From a virus, in the IMG/VR virus record IMGVR_UViG_3300030004_000009, positions 112,704 to 176,703 of that record: a stretch of 64,000 nucleotides of DNA. One strand, 5' to 3'. Every line of letters begins with the position of its first letter. The stretch's first letter is position 1. Both the position numbers and the translations under genes were made by a program. Below, piece after piece: positions 9,785 through 18,992 of this stretch. The notes under the pieces are model-generated. The model was not told the DNA's origin, searched no databases, and saw nothing but the letters and a program-made list of their open reading frames with translations.

Positions 9785-10315
9785 TTACTCAAATCGACGG
9801 ATAATGTTTGCGATTTCACCATTGGTGTCTGATGACATTTCACCCAGGGCCTGGTATTGCCAGGTACCTTGTTCTTTATAGAACTCACCGAGAAAAATAC
9901 AATTCGCATCATTGAAACCTTCAGTGATATCAAAGTTGGCCAGTGTAGTATGTTCGTCGTCATAAACACCTGTAGTGATATCTTTAATGTCACTAAACTT
10001 AGTGCCATCTTTGATATTCACAATGTTTAACATACTAGTGCAAGTAACTGGTAATTCATGGAATTTAATGAATATAACATCACCATCCAGAGCCAGGCCG
10101 GGTAGTTCTTGGCGGTTATAGTATAACAACGCGTTATCTGGCCCTAAAACCTTACCACCAGAACCAGCTCGACCACCGGTTAAACATAAAATCGAGAATT
10201 CAAGGTTCACAGGATTATCTCCTGTATTCCAATCCAGCCCAATGCGTGCATTTTCAAAAGCATCTCCTAGAGAAGTTTTGAGGGTGAGAACATCACCCTT
10301 AATTAAATTTTTCAT
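9785..10315 (-). CDS. TerD-domain stress protein
   Basis: NLIKG..IGLDW..LLYYN..LGEFYKEQGTWQYQALG TerD pattern. Confidence 0.75.
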   Translation of the reverse strand: MKNLIKGDVLTLKTSLGDAFENARIGLDWNTGDNPVNLEFSILCLTGGRAGSGGKVLGPDNALLYYNRQELPGLALDGDVIFIKFHELPVTCTSMLNIVNIKDGTKFSDIKDITTGVYDDEHTTLANFDITEGFNDANCIFLGEFYKEQGTWQYQALGEMSSDTNGEIANIIRRFE

Positions 10316-10346
10316 TATAATTTATTGTTTTACCACATCTGTGGTG

Positions 10347-10420
10347 TTATGAAGGTGAGATTCGGACTCACGACTTTCTCCATATCAGGGAGATACTCTA
10401 GCCAGCTGAGTTACTTCATA
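10347..10420 (-). tRNA. tRNA-Ile(GAU)
   Basis: Cloverleaf TATGAAG/CTTCATA, ACTC/GAGT, TCTCC-CTGATAT-GGAGA, GTGAG-TCCGAAT-CTCAC; atypical T-loop. Confidence 0.8.
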
Positions 10421-10430
10421 AAATTTATCT

Positions 10431-10603
10431 GTCTTTCCAGATTGTCATAAGGTTACTCTTGCTTGGCTTCCCTTCAACTTACCAAGTCCCTAGAGCTGGG
10501 TCTACACCGTGTCAGTCATATTGTGTAGCGTTCTTGTTTCTCTTAACTTCCTAAGCAAATCACACGTGATTACTTACTTGTACAGCTCTTTACGACTGAA
10601 AGA
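10431..10603 (-). ncRNA. Candidate structured ncRNA between two tRNAs
   Basis: Ends pair (TCTTTCAGTCGTAA with TTATGACAATCTGGAAAGA), internal GAGCTG/CAGCTC helix, no ORF. Confidence 0.45.
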
Positions 10604-10608
10604 ATCGG

Positions 10609-10685
10609 TGCTCCCTCCTGAATTTGAATCAGGGACCTCCAAATTATGAGTTTGTTGCTCTAAAACCGGACTGAGCTAAGGGAGC
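10609..10685 (-). tRNA. tRNA-Met or Ile2 (CAU)
   Basis: GCTCCCT/AGGGAGC acceptor, GCTC/GAGC D-stem, CTCATAA loop, CCTGA-TTCAAAT-TCAGG. Confidence 0.9.
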
Positions 10686-10700
10686 TTGAATCTTATATCT

Positions 10701-10943
10701 CTAAATTATCAAGTTATCAAGTTCATCATAAATACAACCAAACTCATCTACTACATATTCCGTAGCTGTAAAGTCATTTATACTATCTTCTATAGTAGAT
10801 TCATTAGCTATTTTAGCTACTTCCGAGTATGATAGATTGCCGAAGAATTGCTTTATCAGTTGAAATTCTCTTTTGGTTTTAATAGAGATTACTAAGTCTA
10901 TTGGTTTAAAAACGTCTTGTTGTTGGATTACTTTTATGTCCAT
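10701..10943 (-). CDS. Hypothetical protein
   Basis: 80 aa ORF. Confidence 0.55.
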   Translation of the reverse strand: MDIKVIQQQDVFKPIDLVISIKTKREFQLIKQFFGNLSYSEVAKIANESTIEDSINDFTATEYVVDEFGCIYDELDNLII

Positions 10944-10968
10944 TATTTAATTTTTAAATTTTAAAATA

Positions 10969-10996
10969 AACCAGAGACTCGTGAAAGTCTCTGGTT
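10969..10996 (-). terminator. Intrinsic terminator
   Basis: 11-bp stem AACCAGAGACT/AGTCTCTGGTT followed on the minus strand by TATTTT. Confidence 0.6.
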
Positions 10997-11174
10997 CCTT
11001 GATTAGGTAATACAATACTTTTCGCGTCGCAATGTAAAAGAGCTAACTGCGAAGGTTTCATATATTTAGGATTACTCCAAAGCTCACATGAAGACCTACA
11101 AACATAAACTCAAACCATATTATTTATTAGTTTTTACGAAACTACTATATAACGGTTCTCAAACTTCTAAAACG

Positions 11175-11636
11175 TCACGATCTTTCAAACAACTTGTTAA
11201 GGTGTTTTGATTTGGTAATTTTATTTATTATCATACTATAACCACAAGTTTGTGAAAACTTACGATTAAGATATTTTAAATATTCACGTTTTGAATATTT
11301 ATGTTTTTTAAATAACTTTGATTGGAATAAATAATAATCATCAATTGATGATTGCCAACTACTATAAGTAACATAACCTTTAGTTTTGAATAAAGCAGTT
11401 GTCTGTCTATTATACATATAATGCATACCAAACAGATTATGTCTCTTCTGACACAACCTGCTCCTAAAAGAGTTAGTCTCTATTAAAATTTGCGCGTACA
11501 CTATATCCTTATATTTAATATTCGACTTATTAAGATAGTTAACTACATTTACTCGTGTAAGCTTTGTAGTATCAACTGTTGTGCTATCTTGTAAACAAGA
11601 TAACTGTAAGAGTGTAATAAATATAAGTTTAAGCAT
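11175..11636 (-). CDS. GH73/FlgJ-like glucosaminidase (cell-wall hydrolase)
   Basis: AQILIET..HNLFGM..YSSWQSSIDDY motif; N-terminal signal or lipoprotein-like leader. Confidence 0.75.
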   Translation of the reverse strand: MLKLIFITLLQLSCLQDSTTVDTTKLTRVNVVNYLNKSNIKYKDIVYAQILIETNSFRSRLCQKRHNLFGMHYMYNRQTTALFKTKGYVTYSSWQSSIDDYYLFQSKLFKKHKYSKREYLKYLNRKFSQTCGYSMIINKITKSKHLNKLFERS

Positions 11637-11670
11637 AATCTTTTATTTTAAGTTAATATTAACACTATTG

Positions 11671-11979
11671 TTAATATTTTTCAGCTATTAGAAACCAATC
11701 ATTAGCTCCTCCATCTAAGTCTGAGCCACTAACACGAATATTTACATAACCATCTCTAGTTAATGTAGTGACCTCGTTATTTATAGTTTCAAGACTATTA
11801 TATATACCATGATATATAATTTTGGGTATTGCTGGTCTAGTGATAACTACCTTTTCAACTACTTGCATGTCTGCCTTAGCTGATTCAATTTGACATATAG
11901 CCAAACCAAATAGAAGGAAACCCATCATAAGGGTACATACTGTATACATGATAGGGTTAAACCATTTGCTTCTTTCCAT
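11671..11979 (-). CDS. Membrane-anchored hypothetical protein
   Basis: N-terminal TM helix. Confidence 0.55.
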   Translation of the reverse strand: MERSKWFNPIMYTVCTLMMGFLLFGLAICQIESAKADMQVVEKVVITRPAIPKIIYHGIYNSLETINNEVTTLTRDGYVNIRVSGSDLDGGANDWFLIAEKY

Positions 11980-12173
11980 TACCTTTTATGATATACGTGA
12001 TGAACTGTTGTTACACGATGAACTACAACTACATGTTGTATTGTCACATGGTGTACTACTCGATGAGTAGGTACTACAATATAAGGGTGTACACTATAAA
12101 TGTGTGGACGATTAGCTGGTTGAGTACAGCTAAATAAGCCAAGTATGGTTATGAATAAAATTAGTTTTTTCAT
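11979..12173 (-). CDS. Small His/Val-rich lipoprotein
   Basis: MKK-hydrophobic-LFSC lipobox followed by H/V-rich tail. Confidence 0.6.
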   Translation of the reverse strand: MKKLILFITILGLFSCTQPANRPHIYSVHPYIVVPTHRVVHHVTIQHVVVVHRVTTVHHVYHKR

Positions 12174-12270
12174 ATTTTAATTTGCCATTTGTTTTTAAAT
12201 TAACAAGTAAACAGTGCTCAGATGGCTTTAGGCGTACGAACACATAGATTAAAAGACCTTTAATCATAGA

Positions 12271-12603
12271 TTAAAATCCTCGTAATGTAATAAACCATTG
12301 TCTTAAACCATCATCCCCAATATCACTCGATTTGTACTTTGTGTACTTAACTAAAATAATATTTTTCATTACTACCTTCTGTGAATCAGGCGCTGTAGTG
12401 TATTGCTGATAATCAGCTGCTAAAGAAGAATTAAATCCTTCAATATAACTTGGACTACCTTCAAATACTTTACGTTCAACTGCTGCTTGTTTTGGAGCCC
12501 AAAATGCATAATTTCCTGTAGCAATTCCATTACCTAGAAAGGTAAGAATTCCTACTCCTAGCATAACTAGGATTATGATTCCGAATACTTTTAATGCGTT
12601 CAT
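12271..12603 (-). CDS. Conserved phage membrane protein
   Basis: N-terminal TM, FWAPK..VERKVFE..SYIEG motif. Confidence 0.6.
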   Translation of the reverse strand: MNALKVFGIIILVMLGVGILTFLGNGIATGNYAFWAPKQAAVERKVFEGSPSYIEGFNSSLAADYQQYTTAPDSQKVVMKNIILVKYTKYKSSDIGDDGLRQWFITLRGF

Positions 12604-12695
12604 TGTTGTGTTGTTTTTAAATTTAATTTATAAATAGAGGAAGGTTACCGTCCTTCTTAGATTCACCTGGTGATAGTGGGCTTCAACTCTATTTA

Positions 12696-13086
12696 ATTGT
12701 TTGTCCTAAAAGTGTGTTGTTACACCAAAAGAAAATGACTTTAGGCTTTTACGGTCCTTTGCTAGTAAGATGATCGGTCTGTTCACGTCGCCTGCCTTAT
12801 TACTAAACCCATTACTATCCGCTGACTTATATAACTTATTATCCTTTGATGTAGTAGTGGATGCAATTACATTCCGAACTATCGGACGTTGCCACATTAT
12901 GACCAATCAAAAATTCTCTTCCTGTATTTCATATAGTCATATTCTATCATTACAATAGACGTATCGTTACCTACAGACTTCAAATACACCTAATAATTAA
13001 GTAATATCGCTATTACAATGCAGCTTCGTTCTACTCTTTAAAAGGTGCATACTGTCAATGCTACTTCCTCTCAGAATCTAAACAAT
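12696..13086 (-). ncRNA. Candidate about 390-nt multi-hairpin ncRNA
   Basis: Terminal ATTGTTT/AAACAAT pairing encloses about 8 hairpins; only short ORFs without recognisable features. Confidence 0.45.
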
Positions 13087-13096
13087 ATCTTTTAAG

Positions 13097-13591
13097 TTAC
13101 ATTTCTATTTTAAACGGTAAGACTGTCACCTTAGGTTCAAAATAACAGACTTTAGGTTGTCCAGTTGGATCTATCATAACAACCCACGTACCTTCAGCAG
13201 ATGCTGGCATAAATAACCCATTAGGTTCTGATTGAGGTATTGGTGTATAACTACTATTACCACTATAAATCAACTTTTCTGGATTGCTTCTTTGAGTAGA
13301 ATAAGGAATAGGATAGCCAGTACATTTACCAATATAAATCAACTTACCTGTCATTTCTGCCTGTAAATAGCAGTAGTTAATTAAAGAAGGATTATCACGT
13401 AAACTATAAATTAGATTAACTAACTTAAGCTCTGTAAACTTATCGATTGTTGGCATACCTGCTTGTGCTACACCTTGACTTTGAAGAGTCTCTTGTTTAG
13501 CTTGATCTATCTCGTCAGCTGTTGGTGGTGATGTTTCACAAGAAGTAATAAATAGCATTATAAATGCTGTAAATAGAATTAACTTTTTCAT
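13097..13591 (-). CDS. Conserved phage lipoprotein
   Basis: Lipobox ITSC; GYPIPYSTQ..NP and QSEPNGLF..GTWV motifs. Confidence 0.7.
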   Translation of the reverse strand: MKKLILFTAFIMLFITSCETSPPTADEIDQAKQETLQSQGVAQAGMPTIDKFTELKLVNLIYSLRDNPSLINYCYLQAEMTGKLIYIGKCTGYPIPYSTQRSNPEKLIYSGNSSYTPIPQSEPNGLFMPASAEGTWVVMIDPTGQPKVCYFEPKVTVLPFKIEM

Positions 13592-13592
13592 T

Positions 13593-14024
13593 TTATCCTG
13601 TTTGTTTTAATATGACTAACTTAGCTTTTTTACGTGAAGCGTCTCTAGGTTTAGCTTTAACCTGTCTTTCTCTGAATTTAGTGACCCCTTTATACACGGC
13701 TTTAATTTGCTCATATGTGAGGTTACTTTTTATTGAATTCATTAATACTGTACAAGCTACTACATTATCGTCTGTATAGCCTTTTGAGCTGTCTACACGA
13801 TCAATTGATCGTTGAAGCATTGGTACGTTGTCCTGAAACTTAACTCCTCTATAGTAGCAAGTTTCTTGTTGCATCATTTGTTTTAAACGTTTAAATGATA
13901 ACCCAAATTCAAGATTATTAGCTTTACATTTTTCATATATTTGTCTAAGCTTCTGAGCAACACGTACGTCTATTGGAAGATTAATCTCACCACTGAGATC
14001 ATCTGTTTTAGTACTATATATCAT
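13593..14024 (-). CDS. HNH-like (His-Me finger) nuclease
   Basis: CYY.G..RSIDRVDSSKGY..DNVVAC...N..K motif. Confidence 0.75.
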   Translation of the reverse strand: MIYSTKTDDLSGEINLPIDVRVAQKLRQIYEKCKANNLEFGLSFKRLKQMMQQETCYYRGVKFQDNVPMLQRSIDRVDSSKGYTDDNVVACTVLMNSIKSNLTYEQIKAVYKGVTKFRERQVKAKPRDASRKKAKLVILKQTG

Positions 14025-14437
14025 TTTGTATTTTAAGTCATTTTAGTGAATTTTAAACGATTATTTTTTATTAGTATGTCTTAATACTACTTTGGTATTT
14101 TTATTGAACACGCGTTAGGAAAAGTACCTCTATTGCCAAATTTTAGGTCAACTTGCATTATGAATTTTCAAACTCTTAAATTTATTTTAAAATAAATTTG
14201 GAAATCTCGATTATTTTTTGTAAGTTCATACGCGCGCATAATAAAGGAATCATTTATTTTAGAGTAATTCAACAGTCTACCTTTTAAGAAGTAAGTATGA
14301 ATTTAGAAAAATAGAAAGATAAAGTAAAAATAGAGTAAAGATACTTAAAAGTAAATAAAACCTCTTAAAAATAGGTGTGTAATTACGCGCGCGAGGCCCG
14401 TATCATGAGTTGTAAGTCTTATTGGCTTTTTTAGCTT

Positions 14438-14911
14438 CTAAAATTTATAATTTTCAAGTAAATCTCTTGTTACACTACTTGTTTTCTCTGGTAATTCGTT
14501 GAGATCAAACCAACCATACTCAACGTGTTCTCTATTAGGAAACTCCTTAGTAATCTTTACTTTAGAGATAGCTAAATAAACTTTCATTTGATAATGATCA
14601 TCTATCATAGTTATATGTGTGTCTTTAAACACATGGATTTTAGCTCCCAACTCCTCATGACACTCACGATAGACAGCTTCTTCATTTGATTCTGAGTAAG
14701 TTATAACTTCTCTATCATTCTCATTACCAACTATGAAGTAAGAATCACCTATTTCTCTCTTTCCTCCAGGTAAACACCATTCGTTAGGAAAGAGTGGATG
14801 AGTATCATGCCTTTTAAGAAGTAAGACTGATTTTAGATAATGATAGCGTTGATCATTTAAGTTATATGTTGGTTCCTCTTGTATTATTACAATTACTGGT
14901 GCATCTTTCAT
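14438..14911 (-). CDS. Nudix hydrolase
   Basis: WCLPGGK..(insertion)..ESNEEAVYRECHEELG Nudix box; EHVEYGWF. Confidence 0.85.
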   Translation of the reverse strand: MKDAPVIVIIQEEPTYNLNDQRYHYLKSVLLLKRHDTHPLFPNEWCLPGGKREIGDSYFIVGNENDREVITYSESNEEAVYRECHEELGAKIHVFKDTHITMIDDHYQMKVYLAISKVKITKEFPNREHVEYGWFDLNELPEKTSSVTRDLLENYKF

Positions 14912-14936
14912 TTTATTTTAAATTTAGTTGTAGTAC

Positions 14937-15284
14937 CTAAAACAATCCCTGTAAACTTTCTGAATGATTCATTTCTACACCTGTTGTAGCATTTACTGTG
15001 AACCATTTGCCATCATTACAATGAATCGATATTGGTGAATATGTGTCGTTTGATTTATCGTTAAGATAAAACATCTTATATTTAAGTGGTTTATCTTTCT
15101 CATAAGTTTTTATAAGGTTTAATATTGGCTCAAGACTATAAGAAGAAAGCATAGAAACAGAAGTAAATGTAAACTCTATAAATCTATGCTTTCTACCTAA
15201 TAGAATATAATTACCAAAAGTGTTAGCAAGTGATGATATACTTGTATTATCATCAATTAGAATTGTGAGTTTAAGAGCTCTCAT
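14937..15284 (-). CDS. Hypothetical protein
   Basis: 115 aa ORF. Confidence 0.5.
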   Translation of the reverse strand: MRALKLTILIDDNTSISSLANTFGNYILLGRKHRFIEFTFTSVSMLSSYSLEPILNLIKTYEKDKPLKYKMFYLNDKSNDTYSPISIHCNDGKWFTVNATTGVEMNHSESLQGLF

Positions 15285-15302
15285 TGTTATGTGTCATACT
15301 GT

Positions 15303-15854
15303 TTAGTTTAAATTATCTAATAATTGAATTTCATTTGATAGTCTTGTTATCTCCATATCTAACTCCTCTGTTTGTCTTTGCTTTGAATAAAAAGTTAACT
15401 CTGTAATATCACCAAATTGAATAGTTTCTATCTCCTCTTGTAATTGTTTAATCACTATATCACTATTTGCATTTTCAATAAATTCTAGATCATATAACAA
15501 TCTCATAATTAAAGCTGGATTATGTTCTACTATTCCAAGTTTTATCCTTTTCATTAAATCATCAATTTTATTTTGTTTATTACAGTTAAAGTCTTGTATG
15601 GCTATAAATAATTGACTCTCTAAATTAAATAAGTGATTATTTTCCACACTACTTTGTTTTTCATTTAAACTATCGAGAGCTAATTTTCTTTGTGATAATT
15701 GTGATAACTGTAAGGTTTTTAGGTTATGAAGTCTTTTTATTTTTTCTTTAGATTTAGTGATAAATATCTCTATGTCTTCAGATGTAATTGTGATGTTTGG
15801 ATTAACTATTCCTTCAAGTATTGACGTCAATAGTTGTCTCTCTAAGGTTGTCAT
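15303..15854 (-). CDS. Coiled-coil hypothetical protein
   Basis: 183 aa, L/Q/E-rich. Confidence 0.55.
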   Translation of the reverse strand: MTTLERQLLTSILEGIVNPNITITSEDIEIFITKSKEKIKRLHNLKTLQLSQLSQRKLALDSLNEKQSSVENNHLFNLESQLFIAIQDFNCNKQNKIDDLMKRIKLGIVEHNPALIMRLLYDLEFIENANSDIVIKQLQEEIETIQFGDITELTFYSKQRQTEELDMEITRLSNEIQLLDNLN

Positions 15855-16059
15855 TTTCGTTTAGTTAAGCATGTCTTCTCTTATTTCTTTTATCTACTCT
15901 ATTAATACGACGTTGGTCGTATTTACCTATACCGTGAATTGAATCATAGTAGCATTTAAAAGCTAAGTGGTATTTAAGTTTAACAAATTTATCTTTGAGA
16001 GTTCTCTTACATCCACACTGACATTTTGGGTTTCCATTGGTTGTTTCATTTTGCATAAT

Positions 16060-16419
16060 TTAAGGATAGAGTTTTAATAGGTCTGTATACTTCCTAAGTA
16101 TACGTTGTAGAACTAACCATGTGATTAAAGAGTTCTCTTTATAAGTAACTATTTCAAGTTTTTTATCTTGAATAAGAAGTATAAAGGATCTTTCACTTGT
16201 TATAATACCAACTAATAAGCTAATTATATCACGATTAAGTTGTTCAACTATGATACCACTACTAACTGTGAATTTAGAAGTTGGGTACAATTCGCGTAAG
16301 TTGGATACAATAGCTTGTATCGTTAATTGTATTAGTTTATTTTGTACTGTAATGAGATTATTCTCATCATGTTGTATAACACTACCTTGAGCATTACTAC
16401 AAATCTTTTGTTTATTCAT
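16060..16419 (-). CDS. Hypothetical protein
   Basis: 119 aa ORF. Confidence 0.5.
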   Translation of the reverse strand: MNKQKICSNAQGSVIQHDENNLITVQNKLIQLTIQAIVSNLRELYPTSKFTVSSGIIVEQLNRDIISLLVGIITSERSFILLIQDKKLEIVTYKENSLITWLVLQRILRKYTDLLKLYP

Positions 16420-16457
16420 ATTATGAAGGTTAAAACTAACCTGAAATTAAAATAAAA

Positions 16458-16524
16458 GTAATAGATAGGATTTTATACCTACATCTCCAACTACAATGTT
16501 GGACTCTAATTGAGCTACTATTAC
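16458..16524 (-). ncRNA. tRNA-like element TL1
   Basis: GTAATAG-TA-GCTC..GAGT, CCAAC-ATTGTA-GTTGG (6-nt loop), GTAGG-TATAAAAT-CCTAT, CTATTAC. Confidence 0.6.
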
Positions 16525-16666
16525 TTATGAAATAGTATCGTTATTCCACGATACATGACTAAAATGAGGATTAATAATCCTCCAATTGCTGCCAACTCTG
16601 GAAGAGCTATAACAGTAATTATACAACCCACTATGGAAAGTATAACTGATATAAAGAACATAGTTC

Positions 16667-16978
16667 TCATACATTGACTAATTTGTAATAGCTTACACCA
16701 TTACTGATTTCTGGCCCTTCTGCAACTAATAAATCGAATCGAGGCTGAGCTGCTTCAGCTACCTCTTTTGAAACAATATATAGTTTCTGAAAATTTGGGT
16801 CAGGATATGGTAATCCTTCTACTTTACTATACTCTCTACGATAGATGATTGTCATATCAATATCTACTTTCCGCTTAAGGGTAATGTTACAACGAGCATG
16901 TCCGTTAAAAGTGAGTACTTTATACCCTAATCCGCTGTCTACTGTTATGCTACTTCCTGTGTAATTAAGGATTTGCAT
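16667..16978 (-). CDS. Conserved phage hypothetical protein
   Basis: ILNYT..ARC..VEGLP..LYIVS..VA..RFDLL family pattern. Confidence 0.6.
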   Translation of the reverse strand: MQILNYTGSSITVDSGLGYKVLTFNGHARCNITLKRKVDIDMTIIYRREYSKVEGLPYPDPNFQKLYIVSKEVAEAAQPRFDLLVAEGPEISNGVSYYKLVNV

Positions 16979-16995
16979 ACGTTTTAAAATTTAAA

Positions 16996-17301
16996 TTAAC
17001 CTACTTTACTTTCGATTGGTTTCCTTATATCCCTAACATTCTCATTTTGAGAATCTGTAGGATAACTATAACCAAGTCTTTTATTCTCTTCTTCAATAAA
17101 ATTAAATAAGTCTTCTAAACAGTTATAAACTGACTGTAAATACTTATAATTTGTTGAAGTTAAACTTTTACCAGGATCTTCCGGGCCTTTTCCTGGCTCA
17201 CAAAAATTAAGTTTTGTGATTACCCCATTAATGAGTGTTACCTCAAATTTGCCCTCATTGTGCCATTCAAGGCTGTTTTTTATCTCTCTATGATGTTCCA
17301 T
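16996..17301 (-). CDS. Hypothetical protein
   Basis: 101 aa ORF. Confidence 0.55.
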   Translation of the reverse strand: MEHHREIKNSLEWHNEGKFEVTLINGVITKLNFCEPGKGPEDPGKSLTSTNYKYLQSVYNCLEDLFNFIEEENKRLGYSYPTDSQNENVRDIRKPIESKVG

Positions 17302-17407
17302 TTTTAATTGTTAATTGTTAATAAAAATAGAGGTTACACCTTGCGTTTGTCCCTCTATTAACCTAAACCTAAAATTACTATAAATTGTAACAGGTGTTAC
17401 AAAGTCT

Positions 17408-18043
17408 TTAATCATAGACTACAAAATATGAGTCTAATAGTTGTTTACTCTTTGGAAGTTGTTTATATTTTATATTGTTACCTTTAGGAACTATTGTCTC
17501 AATCACATGAACCATGTGTTTAGTTGTTTGTCCTAATAAGTGATAATCATACATTACTTTAACTGCTGTATTTCTATTTGAAGTTGAAAATTGTTCATCT
17601 ACATTATACAAAATTTGCAGTAACTTATCTTCAAATGGATCAAGTGTCGCTTTTTCAGTTGTTTGTATGTTGCTATCACCTTTTTTATTATAATCCTGAC
17701 TACTAATGGTTGAGATTAATTTAGGTAGACTAGCATTTAAAGTGTTAAGTGCATAAGTTGAGTTATACTTTGAAAGTTTATCTAATACAGGAATATCAAG
17801 TTTGATATTCTCAAGTAGTATTGTTTCGTTTATATAAATGTTCTGTAATGCTGCTAACTGTTTCTCTGTAATACTTCTGAACTTATAAAGATAAGTTAGA
17901 AGATCGATAGTAAACTCTTTAATAGATTGTGCTTTATTTGAATATAGAATACATGCAATCTTTAATAAGATCCATGCATTACTTCTATTTTTATTTTGAA
18001 TGTCTTTAAGAGTATATCTTTTTGGGCGTGTTATTGTTTCCAT
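17408..18043 (-). CDS. Hypothetical protein
   Basis: 211 aa ORF. Confidence 0.55.
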   Translation of the reverse strand: METITRPKRYTLKDIQNKNRSNAWILLKIACILYSNKAQSIKEFTIDLLTYLYKFRSITEKQLAALQNIYINETILLENIKLDIPVLDKLSKYNSTYALNTLNASLPKLISTISSQDYNKKGDSNIQTTEKATLDPFEDKLLQILYNVDEQFSTSNRNTAVKVMYDYHLLGQTTKHMVHVIETIVPKGNNIKYKQLPKSKQLLDSYFVVYD

Positions 18044-18064
18044 AATGTTTATTTGATTTTAGTA

Positions 18065-18334
18065 AAGCTAAGGGCTGGTAATCGCAACCGCCGAGAAATA
18101 AATTAACACTTAAGTAATACATTTAGGTGAAACTCACTTAAGTTAAATCAATCATTCAATCTCTGTTTAGAATTCTTATTTCTCTACCTGACTGGTCTGT
18201 GTCTTAGCTATTTCTTTAAACTTACTTGTAAAGCATTCTGGTTGCCGCACTCTGAGTGCTAAGTTAGCTCAGTTGACAAATTCCATCTTATTTAACCCGT
18301 CTCCTGGCGGTATGGGTACTTTACCTATAAGTTT
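18065..18334 (-). ncRNA. Two adjacent end-paired candidate ncRNAs
   Basis: AGCTAAG/CTTAGCT closes about 18065-18209; AAACTTA..GTAAAG/CTTTAC..TAAGTTT closes about 18218-18334. Confidence 0.4.
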
Positions 18335-18336
18335 TG

Positions 18337-18414
18337 TAGCCTACAGAGATTTGATACTCCACCTTCGTCTGATGATTTTTTGTAGACGACGCACTCAATT
18401 ATGCTAATAGGCTA
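18337..18414 (-). ncRNA. tRNA-like element TL2
   Basis: TAGCCTAT/GTAGGCTA acceptor, GCAT/GTGC D-stem, TCGTCT-(13 nt)-AGACGA, GGAG-TATCAAAT-CTCT. Confidence 0.6.
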
Positions 18415-18605
18415 TGTTAATACTATCTTTGTTTCATGGCAATTTCCTTTAATAGTAATCACAATTGTAGATCTCCTACAACATCATACGATAGTAATTC
18501 TTTAGCTAACGCGCCCTCTCGTTAGCAATTTTAATAACTGTATATATAAGTGTAACTGTTACACCTAATAATATAAGCAATAAAGTTCCCATAAATTAGA
18601 CGTTA

Positions 18606-18989
18606 TCATTCCAAAGCTTTTAACCTAGCTTCAATTTCCTCAACCGTAAGATCATTAAGCTTATCCTCATGTCTCTTAGCTAGGAGTTCCTTAAGTTTAG
18701 TTGCCTCTTGTTGTTTGACAGTCTTAGCTAACTTATCATTAGCTTCAGCTTGTTTAGTTTCAACAATGAACTTTAGGATATCAAGCTTGATATCAAGTTC
18801 AGTATTGGCACTTGTTTTCTTCTCTAAGAGTGATTTCTTAGAGGTTTTATCTTTTTCATCGCTTAATACTATATAAATAGCATCTAAGCTTGTAAGAGAT
18901 AGACTCCACAAATCTTCTGTTGTAAGAAGACCTTTAGAGGAAGCAAAGCGTAATTTCTCACGCGATGCTGTAATAAATAATTGTTCCAT
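18606..18989 (-). CDS. Conserved phage protein, partner of the upstream large ORF
   Basis: ASREKLRFASSKGLLTTEDLWSLSL N-terminal motif, coiled-coil C-terminus. Confidence 0.7.
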   Translation of the reverse strand: MEQLFITASREKLRFASSKGLLTTEDLWSLSLTSLDAIYIVLSDEKDKTSKKSLLEKKTSANTELDIKLDILKFIVETKQAEANDKLAKTVKQQEATKLKELLAKRHEDKLNDLTVEEIEARLKALE

Positions 18990-18992
18990 GAT

